DNA of 64,000 nt from an uncultured virus (IMG/VR IMGVR_UViG_3300036760_000336) (taxonomy: Duplodnaviria > Heunggongvirae > Uroviricota > Caudoviricetes): IMG/VR virus record IMGVR_UViG_3300036760_000336, positions 1-64,000 of that record; one strand, given 5' to 3'. Position 1 is the stretch's first letter. The number at the start of each line of letters is the position of its first letter. Position numbers and translations under genes: made by a program. The notes beneath the pieces are model-generated. The model did no database searches. It was not told the DNA's origin and saw only the letters and a program-made list of their open reading frames with translations. This document shows, piece by piece, positions 27,201-34,882 of this stretch.

Positions 27201-27672
27201 ATTTTTTGCGAGAAAATATTTAAAAGGCGAGATAGATTTGCGTCGTATTAGTGAAGGTTATGGAGCGGGTATTCCAGGCACAGATAAGCGTTTAGGTATT
27301 CCAGGTGAAAGATGGAGAATTAGAAGCAAAGACGCTCCAAAAACTCCAAAGATGCCAAGCGACGAAGAGTTATCAATAACTATAGATCTCGATGAAATTG
27401 TTGATAGTACATTGGAATTACTATTCGAATCTCCTAATATGGAAACTCTTAAGAAAAACAGAAAAACTCTTTCTGATGAAGAAAGAAGAATAGTTATGGA
27501 TTCGGGAGCGGTATGGCATCATAGTCCAAATGGAAAAGAAACTCCTGGGGTTTGGAAATCTATAGTCAAAGGAAAAACATGGTACGTTTGTAATACTCAC
27601 AGAGCTTATCAATGTAAGCCAACTCTAAGGGGAGCCATAAAAGCTTTCGAATTTATAGAGACAACCTCGTAA
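24247..27672 (+). CDS. polyvalent multidomain protein: Pol-beta-type nucleotidyltransferase + hemerythrin (HHE) + GNAT acetyltransferase + unknown domains
   Basis: GSIANYNW...SDVDIH; LMEEH...HHEKVEE..VF...EQH...H...ED..VFP; VVVSKEYRQKGIG. Confidence 0.8.
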   Translation: MNQDLKKLINETVKNFFDENEVDVYGSGELPPSGEEKYEKQEPGGTMSATNLTPLIYETNFRIYNETLCPDLWDAYDHLDGHIRVNLLRMAYDFYEKTDFKAPIVDVYLMGSIANYNWTPESDVDIHIIIDHDKLQMPSDTILSAIKAACSLWNNEHHVAVKRHKVEMNIQNMKEVKPHVTGIYSLVKDQWVRKPVLQSLSFDKTFIQSMYKGMKEYLKSAINSGNRHAMKAVKKYIDAFRQYGLDTRGELSVENIVFKILRAKGLIEMLKTAITMTYDKEMTVREAEKLNESKEPESAIEDLMEEHGVVSRCLLIYEELIRKLETEKEMSFDIVHDIAEVIRHHVEDHHEKVEEKYVFALFKGKDKLGKVVKILTEQHKAGRKLTGKILNLSSKSYSKETQNQLFQECKKFVHMYGPHKAWEDTVVFPAVRKALTDNELEKFNEKMEEAEKEGDPKKFIQEVEKIEKKLGIYKICCFTPEKDRKTMLEVRQQDIKSHLPSPENIKLIDGQKLDLSRLTLDHLKALRAKAVRFWKAASKKKDHEETLWALAEFERYNFEIKRRMRYINAPLITEESKKFPPFTLVFDSSDVAKGAVKIMLGNEWFGNIYKPLEGWGEYTGKWIFNAASKEAMKMKFPAKGYNSPGELLRDLKKWYSQRFITEKQEVFDIKGPDELSPRNQVELDQLVRNSENIISGKELYYIYLVNDHVAGALYTSYRDRVYSFNVVVSKEYRQKGIGVRMIRDGLDEYFNNILETDPDAKLELNIVNPSIIDYLKRIGMEVEKSVGGRVIMFYSKGKESSIDENGGGGIGYFSKELEADIQHLITTSEDSIESGEPVLTRAQAIRYLMQDMDDPGHYSHEHRRELQNFGVKIGIFEPCTREELDNIVVIGGRGRKYDFKRGNLYYRFNSWKPLIGHEDPVDENNEDLKSDFDLAEQGDTVSVVRRAIEKLGGMENFKAWFMGWISKEKIPYRQIDSSGQSHTVEFFARKYLKGEIDLRRISEGYGAGIPGTDKRLGIPGERWRIRSKDAPKTPKMPSDEELSITIDLDEIVDSTLELLFESPNMETLKKNRKTLSDEERRIVMDSGAVWHHSPNGKETPGVWKSIVKGKTWYVCNTHRAYQCKPTLRGAIKAFEFIETTS

Positions 27673-27685
27673 TCAAAAGAAAAAT

Positions 27686-28532
27686 ATGATTACATTGAAA
27701 TCATTATTGTGCGAGCAAGTGAAGAAAATATCTCTTCAAAAGGCTGTTGATAATAAACTTTTTGGTCCTGTTTATCACGGAACAAACCAAGAAGCCCTTT
27801 CTAAAATAGATAAAGAGGGTTTCAAAGTGATTATGGGACTTCATGGTACATCGGGTATGTCACATGGATATGAATATGAACCATATGGATATTTTACTGA
27901 TGTTCCTCCCCCAATTCATCATCTTGGGTTCGGCGTGTATTTTACTACTGTCAAAGCTATTGCTAAAAGATTTGCTGGTGGTACAGCAAAAGGAATGAAA
28001 GCATATTTCTTGGATATTCCAAAGAAGGAAACAATAAATTTTGCTTCACCGAGAAAAATGATGAAATGGTGGATTGAAAATGGATATGATCCGGAATTGG
28101 CTAAACGTGGCGAAGGTGGTAGGTACATGGCAACGGCAAAAATGACCGAACAATTGAAATCCAAATACGAGGGGGTGTGGTTCAAAGGAAAAGGAATACA
28201 CAGACTTTTGGATGGTGATCAAGTAGTTGTATTTGATCCTAAAGACATTTATGAAATAGATTTGTCTTTATCGAAGGAATTTGACCTTGGTGCTAAAGTT
28301 AAAGCCAAAATTGACATAAAATATACTGATAAGGAAGGAAATGTATATGGAAGTGTTGTTCCTATTGGAACAACAGGGATTATAGTTAAAAGATACGATG
28401 TCAAAAAAAATGGCGAAAGAATATCCTCTCTATTGGGCAAAAGATGCCGAGCGATATGCATTTGATGTAAAGTTCAAAGTTGGTGGTGAAAGACAAGTAA
28501 AGGATACTTGGGTGGAACCTTTGAATTTATAA
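27686..28532 (+). CDS. ART (PARP-like) domain protein with MITLKSLLCE leader; apparent frameshift at the A8 run 28403-28410
   Basis: VYHGT...I...GF...GFGVYFTT...A..FA; the ORF stops at 28465 but the +1 frame continues MAKEYPLYW...WVEPLNL to TAA 28530-28532. Confidence 0.65.
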
Positions 28533-28568
28533 CTTTTTATTTTTCTCGCTTATTTCTCCAGGAGGCAT

Positions 28569-28577
28569 ATATTTATA
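28569..28577 (+). promoter_or_regulatory. candidate late promoter ATATTTATA
   Basis: upstream of the tail tube gene. Confidence 0.6.
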
Positions 28578-28605
28578 ATCAGAAGCATAAATAAGGATTC
28601 TATCT

Positions 28606-29097
28606 ATGGCAGACTTACTAACAAACAACGAGATGTTCTTCACGATTTGGGAACCCAAAACGAAGAATCGTTTCCTCATGTATATTGACGGCGTTCCAAC
28701 GTACCTCATTCGTAAAACCGACCGTCCAAAATGGACCCAAGATCGTCAAACGATTGATTATATCAACTTGCAATGGTTCTACAAGGGTAAGACCAAGTGG
28801 CAGGAAATTGATATTGAACTTTACGATCCCGTTGTTCCTTCCGCCGCCCAAACAGTTTTTGAATGGTTCCGTTTGTCGCATGAATCTGTGACTGGGCGTG
28901 ATGGATATCAAGATTTCTATAAAAAGGAAGTTACTATTGATATCCTCGGTCCTGTCGGTGATAAAGTTGAAGAATGGACTCTGAAAGGTGCTTTTCCAAC
29001 TTCTTTTGATGGTGGGACAATGGAATGGGTCAATGATGCTGAACCAGTACTAGTTACTCTTAGGCTATCATACGATTATGCGATCCTCCAATATTGA
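28606..29097 (+). CDS. tail tube protein (T4 gp19-like)
   Basis: EPK..NRF, KGK..W..I.I.LYDP, W.L.GAFP, L.L.YDYA. Confidence 0.9.
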   Translation: MADLLTNNEMFFTIWEPKTKNRFLMYIDGVPTYLIRKTDRPKWTQDRQTIDYINLQWFYKGKTKWQEIDIELYDPVVPSAAQTVFEWFRLSHESVTGRDGYQDFYKKEVTIDILGPVGDKVEEWTLKGAFPTSFDGGTMEWVNDAEPVLVTLRLSYDYAILQY

Positions 29098-29212
29098 TGT
29101 ATGATTATGCTGTATTGATTAGAATCGCATAATCAAAGTGAACTTTTAGAAATTTTCTTGTTATATAATAGAGAAATGAACTTTCCGGCGATCTATGTCA
29201 TACTTATTTAAT

Positions 29213-29304
29213 GTAAGGTGACGCTTATGATCGATTTGAAGCATTGCCCATTGAGTTTTGGCGTCACCTTACTCAATGGGCTTTTTATTTGAAGGTGACG
29301 TATG
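29213..29304 (+). promoter_or_regulatory. structured RNA leader with alternative pairings upstream of the endonuclease gene
   Basis: inverted repeats 29213-29224/29261-29272, 29246-29256/29271-29281 and 29262-29270/29292-29300. Confidence 0.6.
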
Positions 29305-29754
29305 GCAAGAAGCAAAGAAGAATTAAGAGAATATGGTCGGCAGTATTATTACCGTAACAAAGAATTACATAATAAACATAACAGAGAATATAATCAAGCA
29401 AACAAAGAATGGTTAGATGTTTATAAAAAGAAGTGGAGATTAAGTCAATCCGGAAGAGTATCTCAATACATTTCACGACAAAAATATAAGTGTCGTAAAT
29501 ATGGAATAACTTTTGATCAATTAAACCAGATGAAGATTGACCAAAAAGGAATGTGTGCTATTTGTTCTAAGCCTTTTACAGACAGCAAAAAAGTGCATTT
29601 TGACCACGATCATATTACAGGAAAAGTTCGTCAGCTATTATGTAATAATTGTAATTGTGGAATAGGATATTTTAAAGATAACATAGAGATGTTATTAAAT
29701 GCAGTTGAGTACTTGAACAAATGGAATAAACGATGTTCTCTTAACTTTGTATGA
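29302..29754 (+). CDS. endonuclease VII-type HNH homing endonuclease
   Basis: KYGIT...Q.G.CAIC...DHDH.TGKVR.LLC..CN..IG...D. Confidence 0.85.
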   Translation: MARSKEELREYGRQYYYRNKELHNKHNREYNQANKEWLDVYKKKWRLSQSGRVSQYISRQKYKCRKYGITFDQLNQMKIDQKGMCAICSKPFTDSKKVHFDHDHITGKVRQLLCNNCNCGIGYFKDNIEMLLNAVEYLNKWNKRCSLNFV

Positions 29755-29762
29755 TATTTATA
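29754..29762 (+). promoter_or_regulatory. candidate late promoter ATATTTATA
   Basis: upstream of ATG 29785. Confidence 0.55.
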
Positions 29763-29784
29763 AAGTGAAAAGGATAAATCATAT

Positions 29785-30465
29785 ATGAAGCAAAAACTTT
29801 TGGAATATCTCGTTAGGCAATGTGTACGAGAAGTATTGGCCCAAGTGAGAGAGCAGGATGACGAAACTAAAGGTGCCCCATCACCACCAGCGGCGGGCCT
29901 GGGAACTGCCGATACTCCGGCGGTTCCAAAACCGAAAGATACTACGCCAGAAGAACCATCTGAACCAGAAACTCCACCCACCAGCTTGAAAGGAGCGATA
30001 TTTGTTAATCCAAGAGATAAATCAAAACTATCTCCAATCGGGCCTCTTCCTTTTAATATAAGTGATGCCGCTTTGGAAAGAAAACTTTATGATATATCAA
30101 CAAGTTACATAGGACCGGAGGTAAAAGTTTCTCTTTCTGCATTTCGAATGGTTAAAGATGCCATTAGAAATCCAGGCTCAACTGTTTACTTATACTTTGG
30201 GAAATTTGACCCAGAATCAGAGGAGATATTTTTGATGGCAGATAAAAGTTTGCAAGCAGCCAAAGATGGTACTGTTCCTCCAGCAGAACTTACTAGAACT
30301 CCTGTTTCTACTGCTTCTCCAAGTCAGTTTGATCCAATTACAGCAGAACCGGAACAATATGCTCAACAAATGACTAGTGGTGGTATGTCTCCAAGACGTG
30401 GGATTGATGAACGAATAGTCAAAGCCATAAAGAAAATAGTCAGAGAAGTATTGACACGAAAATAA
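29785..30465 (+). CDS. hypothetical protein with helical VREVL motifs at both ends
   Basis: N-terminal LLEYLVRQCVREVL, C-terminal KAIKKIVREVL, Pro-rich linker. Confidence 0.75.
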   Translation: MKQKLLEYLVRQCVREVLAQVREQDDETKGAPSPPAAGLGTADTPAVPKPKDTTPEEPSEPETPPTSLKGAIFVNPRDKSKLSPIGPLPFNISDAALERKLYDISTSYIGPEVKVSLSAFRMVKDAIRNPGSTVYLYFGKFDPESEEIFLMADKSLQAAKDGTVPPAELTRTPVSTASPSQFDPITAEPEQYAQQMTSGGMSPRRGIDERIVKAIKKIVREVLTRK

Positions 30466-30466
30466 G

Positions 30467-30832
30467 ATGAACCAAAAAAATCTTCAAGAACTCATCCGTT
30501 GTATAACTCGGGAAATATTGGAGGAGTATATGGATACTCCTACTAAAATTGGTAGTATTTCTGATAAAAGCGATGAAGATGATAAGGATATTTCTGCCAT
30601 GACCGCTGTTGAAAAAGCAAAGAAAAGGCGTGAGGAAGAAAAAGCGAGACAGGATCAAATTAGAGGGGGTAAGCTGGAATTGAATGCTACAAAAAAACAA
30701 ACCGATTATTTTGGGCAGCAACTTAAACAGAATAGATTAAAACAGGCTGCTCAGAGAAAAGTTCTTCAAAATCTTCAAGCAGATAAAGACATTAGTGTTG
30801 GTGGTGCAGGTAGTATTGGTGTCAAAATATAA
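30467..30832 (+). CDS. coiled-coil hypothetical protein with LQELIRCITREILEE leader
   Basis: 121-aa ORF. Confidence 0.7.
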   Translation: MNQKNLQELIRCITREILEEYMDTPTKIGSISDKSDEDDKDISAMTAVEKAKKRREEEKARQDQIRGGKLELNATKKQTDYFGQQLKQNRLKQAAQRKVLQNLQADKDISVGGAGSIGVKI

Positions 30833-30898
30833 TAAGTCAAAAAATCTACAGAAAACATATATATTCTCAGAAGCGTGTAACAATCTGTAGAAAAGTTT

Positions 30899-31735
30899 AT
30901 GCCAGATCAAATCATTCCAATTGCAAGATCGAGTAATACTCCATCATCTCCACCAGTCCCACCGGGATATCAAAAAATGGAATCCAAGTTTCCAACGGAA
31001 ATAATCAACCTTCCGTCAAAAGGATGGTTTTATCCTTCCGATAATCCTCTTTCTTCCGGCACTCTTGAACTTAAGATGATGACTGCAAAAGAAGAGGATA
31101 TTCTTACATCTCCGAACCTTATTCAAAAGAATATTGTTCTGGATAAACTTCTTGAGTCGGTAATTGTCAATAAAGCGATTAATGCTGATGAAATGCTTAT
31201 TTGTGATCGGAATGCGGCATTTTTTGCTATTCGTAGATTGGCTTATGGCGATACTTATGAGGCAACGATGACTTGTGGTCGCTGTGGTAGAGAAAACTCC
31301 ATTTCGATTGATTTAGGAAAAATGGATAATAAACCTTTCGACTTTGACAAGTATCCTAAAGGGGAAAATTCTTTCACTTTTCAACTGCCATATTCGAAAG
31401 TCACAGTTACTTACAAAATTTTGAGTAAAAAGGATGAAAGCATCATTGATCAAGAACTCACCGGATTTGCTAAAGTGACCAAAGATTTTGCCCGACAAAT
31501 TACTACTCGTTTAAGTCATATTATTACCGCAGTTGATGGTAATTCCGAAAAAAATCGCATTCGTAAATTTGTCAATGAAGAACTCCTCTCGAAAGATAGT
31601 TTAGCATTTCGCAAACATATTCGAGAAAGTATGCCAGATATTGACTCTTCATTCATGTTTTCCTGTGCTAATTGTGGGCTTGAAAGATTGGAGGAAACGC
31701 CGATGGGCGTATCCTTTTTTTGGCCTAACGGATAA
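30899..31735 (+). CDS. baseplate hub / tail assembly protein (T4 gp26-like)
   Basis: LPSKG..Y, MTAKEEDIL, C.RCG, F.LP.SK, C.NCG, ends FFWP; lies between tube and tape-measure genes. Confidence 0.75.
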   Translation: MPDQIIPIARSSNTPSSPPVPPGYQKMESKFPTEIINLPSKGWFYPSDNPLSSGTLELKMMTAKEEDILTSPNLIQKNIVLDKLLESVIVNKAINADEMLICDRNAAFFAIRRLAYGDTYEATMTCGRCGRENSISIDLGKMDNKPFDFDKYPKGENSFTFQLPYSKVTVTYKILSKKDESIIDQELTGFAKVTKDFARQITTRLSHIITAVDGNSEKNRIRKFVNEELLSKDSLAFRKHIRESMPDIDSSFMFSCANCGLERLEETPMGVSFFWPNG

Positions 31736-31961
31736 ATATAAAATCCAGCTTCACGAGTTAATATTCGATTTCTGCTATTATGGCCAGATCGAATATGATG
31801 CGGTATACTCCATGCCTGTCCAGTATCGCAATTTCTATGTTCATAAGCTTGTAAACATGAAGGAAAAAGAAAAACGCCAATATGATATGGTGGCAGGCAA
31901 AGCAGAAATGCCTTCTTCAACCCAACAAATTGTGCGAGGACCAGCAATTAACTGTCACTAA
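31715..31961 (+). CDS. gp51-like/tail-assembly extension, probably reached by frameshift from the upstream gene
   Basis: FFGLT..YK..LHE.IF...Y.MPV..R.FY..KL with no suitable start codon at its 5' end. Confidence 0.55.
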
Positions 31962-31997
31962 TCTTTTTATATTATCTCAATGTGAAATCCCTCATGA

Positions 31998-32303
31998 TTA
32001 CTGTGACCATGCCCACTCCGGATGGACATTCAGCAGAAAAACCGCTGTCCAGGCGATGATGCAGACAATCCACAGGGCGATTTTGACAAACACCATTTTC
32101 CGCCATACATCAGGCATGTCAATCATGTTGATAAAGCAGCCGTTCGGTTTTCGCATTAATTTGCCCTCGATGATGGTGGCAAAAACGGGGGCAAACAGGC
32201 AACCGAAAATTATTGCCACAACGAGAAGTCCGATTGTGTCCCCGGCAATCCCCTTTACGGAGTTGGAGATCGATCCATTGATGTCAATTTTTTCTCTTTT
32301 CAT
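31998..32303 (-). CDS. small membrane protein (two hydrophobic segments)
   Basis: TIGLLVVAIIFGCLFAPVFATII and IALWIVCIIAWTAVFLL; own sigma70-like promoter; start placed at ATG 32303. Confidence 0.6.
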   Translation of the reverse strand: MKREKIDINGSISNSVKGIAGDTIGLLVVAIIFGCLFAPVFATIIEGKLMRKPNGCFINMIDMPDVWRKMVFVKIALWIVCIIAWTAVFLLNVHPEWAWSQ

Positions 32304-32309
32304 GTAGCC

Positions 32310-32337
32310 AATATACACCCTTTTTTTATTTTGTCAA
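32310..32337 (-). promoter_or_regulatory. sigma70-type promoter TTGACA-16-TATATT
   Basis: directly upstream of ATG 32303. Confidence 0.6.
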
Positions 32338-32359
32338 GGGGAAAAATCGTTTGCAGGCC

Positions 32360-32368
32360 ATATTTATA
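32360..32368 (+). promoter_or_regulatory. candidate late promoter ATATTTATA
   Basis: upstream of the tape measure gene. Confidence 0.55.
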
Positions 32369-32389
32369 CTCATGGAAAGCATTTGATTT

Positions 32390-34867
32390 ATGCCACTTCT
32401 AACTGACGCAGTCAACCTTATAACCGACACCCTTCCGATGTGGAAGGAATACCGCAATCTTCAAGATGATCTGGTAGATATCTACAAAAAACAAACCACA
32501 TCTATTAGAGAAATAGCTGGTGTAAATAAAAGTATTGAAAAGGGGTTATTAGAGCGTCATAGACGTGAAAAAGAACTGATTCAACTTATTAGAGATAGTA
32601 AAGAGAATTTGCTTAATGCCGAAAAAAAGGCCGTAACGGTTCGGGGAAAGGATAAAGATGCAGCAATGGCAAATGTAGCGGCTAGAAAGCAAGCACTAAT
32701 TGCCCTTCAAGCAGAATATGACATGCTTCAAAAGATAAATAAACAAGTTATGATTCCGTGGATATACTTCATGGTAAAAACCTGGACATTATTCATGAGA
32801 ATGGATAAGGCTGCGGAAGCTTTGAGAATGACGATGGGTGTTTTCCGTGGACAAGTTGCCGATATTCGTTCCCAAGCACAAAAAATGGCAATTCAGTTCA
32901 TGAATGTCGGTGTTACTATTGATGGAGTGTATAATGCTCTTGTAGCTCTGGGTAAAGAAATGGGAAGCATTCGTATAGCCAGTACTGCTCTTGTTCAAAC
33001 TATTGCTCTTTTGAAAGCCCAGTTAGGAGTTGCCGAAGAGGATAGTGCCGGATTTTTTAGAAATATGGCGGCTTTGTCTAAGACCACTATGGCGTCTCAG
33101 GAAAACATGGCATATTTAGCTCAAGATTTAAGTCAAGCTGCGGGAGTACCTCTTCCTACAATAATGAGTGATATTGCTCATATGTCAGAAAAGACATTAT
33201 CTTTAATGTCAAGAGTTCCAAGTCAAATTGTAAAGGCGGCTGTAGAGGCTCGTAGATTAAATGTTTCCCTGAATGAAATGGCAAGAGGAAATGAACAACT
33301 TCTCAATTTTACGGAAAATATACAAGCCGAAATGGAAGCATCGGTATTATTGGGTAAAGCAATTAACTTACAAAAAGCTCGTGAATTAACTTACCATCGT
33401 AATATAATTGAAGCTACCAAGGAAATCGTTGGTATAGCCGAAAAAATAGATTTCACCAACCTTGATTATTTCCAGCAACAGGCTTTTGCCCGTGCGACCG
33501 GAAGAAGTGTAGAAGAACTTTTTAAGATGGTACAGGCACAAAAAGAGTGGAATGAAGCAAGACTTTCAAATGATCTAATTGTTAAAAAATCAGTAGCAGA
33601 ATATGATAGACTTCTTCGAATGAATAAGGAAGAAACATCAGATAGAGCACAACATATAAAACAGATGGTTATACAGCAGGCTAACCAACAGCGAATAATA
33701 ACAATTCAAAATAAATGGAATAAAATTGTTGCTCAATTAGGAGAGATATTCCTTCCGATAATAGATAAATTGCTTTCAGCAGTAACTTATGTGATTGACA
33801 TAGGAACAGGGGTTGCAAGATTTGCCATCAACCTTTATGGAGCATTTTACGCAATTGAAAAAATATTCAAGTATTCTGGAAATATATCTGTAATATTTCA
33901 CAATCTTGGACTAAAAATAAAGCTCCTGAATTTCATATTTAAGCCGTTAAAAAGTCTTTTTGGATACATTATGGTTGCAACGGATAAGATTTTACCTACG
34001 CTTATTAGAATAGTAGGAGTAGGATCGAAATTTCCTAAAATTTTCGGAATAATAGCTCCACTTCTCAAAACATTTGGTAAGTTTACTGGAATCATTAACA
34101 TATTACTTGCTGTATGGAATGTTGTAAAATCTATATTTCATGGCATAATAGATATAATAGATGGCATAAAAATAATGTTCAACGGAAATGTATGGGGAGG
34201 AATATTGAAAGTGTTCCACGGATTGTTCAAGGCGACTATAGGAGCAATTTTGGGAGCTATTGAAGGAGTATTTGGATTTATCATAGATATTCCTATATTG
34301 ATATTGAAGGGATTGGGAGCTATGGGGGTGGGTTGGGCTAAGGCTGCGGGAGAATGGGCGAATAGCATGTGGACAGCATTGAAGGATTGGTTTGGATTCT
34401 CCCCGTCTAAAATTGCGCTGTTAATTCTCAAAGGAATAACATCAATCGGGACAATGATGTTTGATGCTTTGACATATCCATTTCGTCATGCATTTGCATG
34501 GATATTGGATAAAATTCCGGGAATGGGAAAATTTGCTGGAAAACTTCGTGAAGGAATGGGCGGGGTTCTTGCTGAACCAGTAGAAAAGAAAGCAACCGCT
34601 GCTTATATTCCTGCTGTTACAGTAACTCCCACTGGAACTAGAATTGCTACTCCGGAACCGGCAAAAACCGCTGTTACTGCTGAAACTAAAGCAGAAAGTA
34701 CTTCAGATAGTAAAACCTTGGGAGAAATTCTAGCGGCACTTACTACATTGAATAAAAACCTGGAAGCTGGAAAGATTGGATTCTATGTAGATGGACAGTT
34801 ATTAAGTGCAACTTTAGCAAGACAAACTGAATTTCGTAAAGGATATGGAGTGAATAGCATCGCTTAA
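32390..34867 (+). CDS. tape measure protein
   Basis: 825 aa, helical Ala/Leu-rich N-half, hydrophobic repeats, C-terminal FYVDGQLL; canonical position. Confidence 0.8.
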   Translation: MPLLTDAVNLITDTLPMWKEYRNLQDDLVDIYKKQTTSIREIAGVNKSIEKGLLERHRREKELIQLIRDSKENLLNAEKKAVTVRGKDKDAAMANVAARKQALIALQAEYDMLQKINKQVMIPWIYFMVKTWTLFMRMDKAAEALRMTMGVFRGQVADIRSQAQKMAIQFMNVGVTIDGVYNALVALGKEMGSIRIASTALVQTIALLKAQLGVAEEDSAGFFRNMAALSKTTMASQENMAYLAQDLSQAAGVPLPTIMSDIAHMSEKTLSLMSRVPSQIVKAAVEARRLNVSLNEMARGNEQLLNFTENIQAEMEASVLLGKAINLQKARELTYHRNIIEATKEIVGIAEKIDFTNLDYFQQQAFARATGRSVEELFKMVQAQKEWNEARLSNDLIVKKSVAEYDRLLRMNKEETSDRAQHIKQMVIQQANQQRIITIQNKWNKIVAQLGEIFLPIIDKLLSAVTYVIDIGTGVARFAINLYGAFYAIEKIFKYSGNISVIFHNLGLKIKLLNFIFKPLKSLFGYIMVATDKILPTLIRIVGVGSKFPKIFGIIAPLLKTFGKFTGIINILLAVWNVVKSIFHGIIDIIDGIKIMFNGNVWGGILKVFHGLFKATIGAILGAIEGVFGFIIDIPILILKGLGAMGVGWAKAAGEWANSMWTALKDWFGFSPSKIALLILKGITSIGTMMFDALTYPFRHAFAWILDKIPGMGKFAGKLREGMGGVLAEPVEKKATAAYIPAVTVTPTGTRIATPEPAKTAVTAETKAESTSDSKTLGEILAALTTLNKNLEAGKIGFYVDGQLLSATLARQTEFRKGYGVNSIA

Positions 34868-34868
34868 G

Positions 34869-34882
34869 ATATTTATAAATAT
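34869..34882 (+). promoter_or_regulatory. candidate late promoter within the palindrome ATATTTATAAATAT
   Basis: overlaps ATG 34881. Confidence 0.45.

Noticed and set aside
31882..32307. 141-aa plus-strand ORF as the real gene in the insertion
   Set aside because: The minus-strand ORF has a promoter and clear membrane segments; the plus frame overlaps the upstream gene and has no features.
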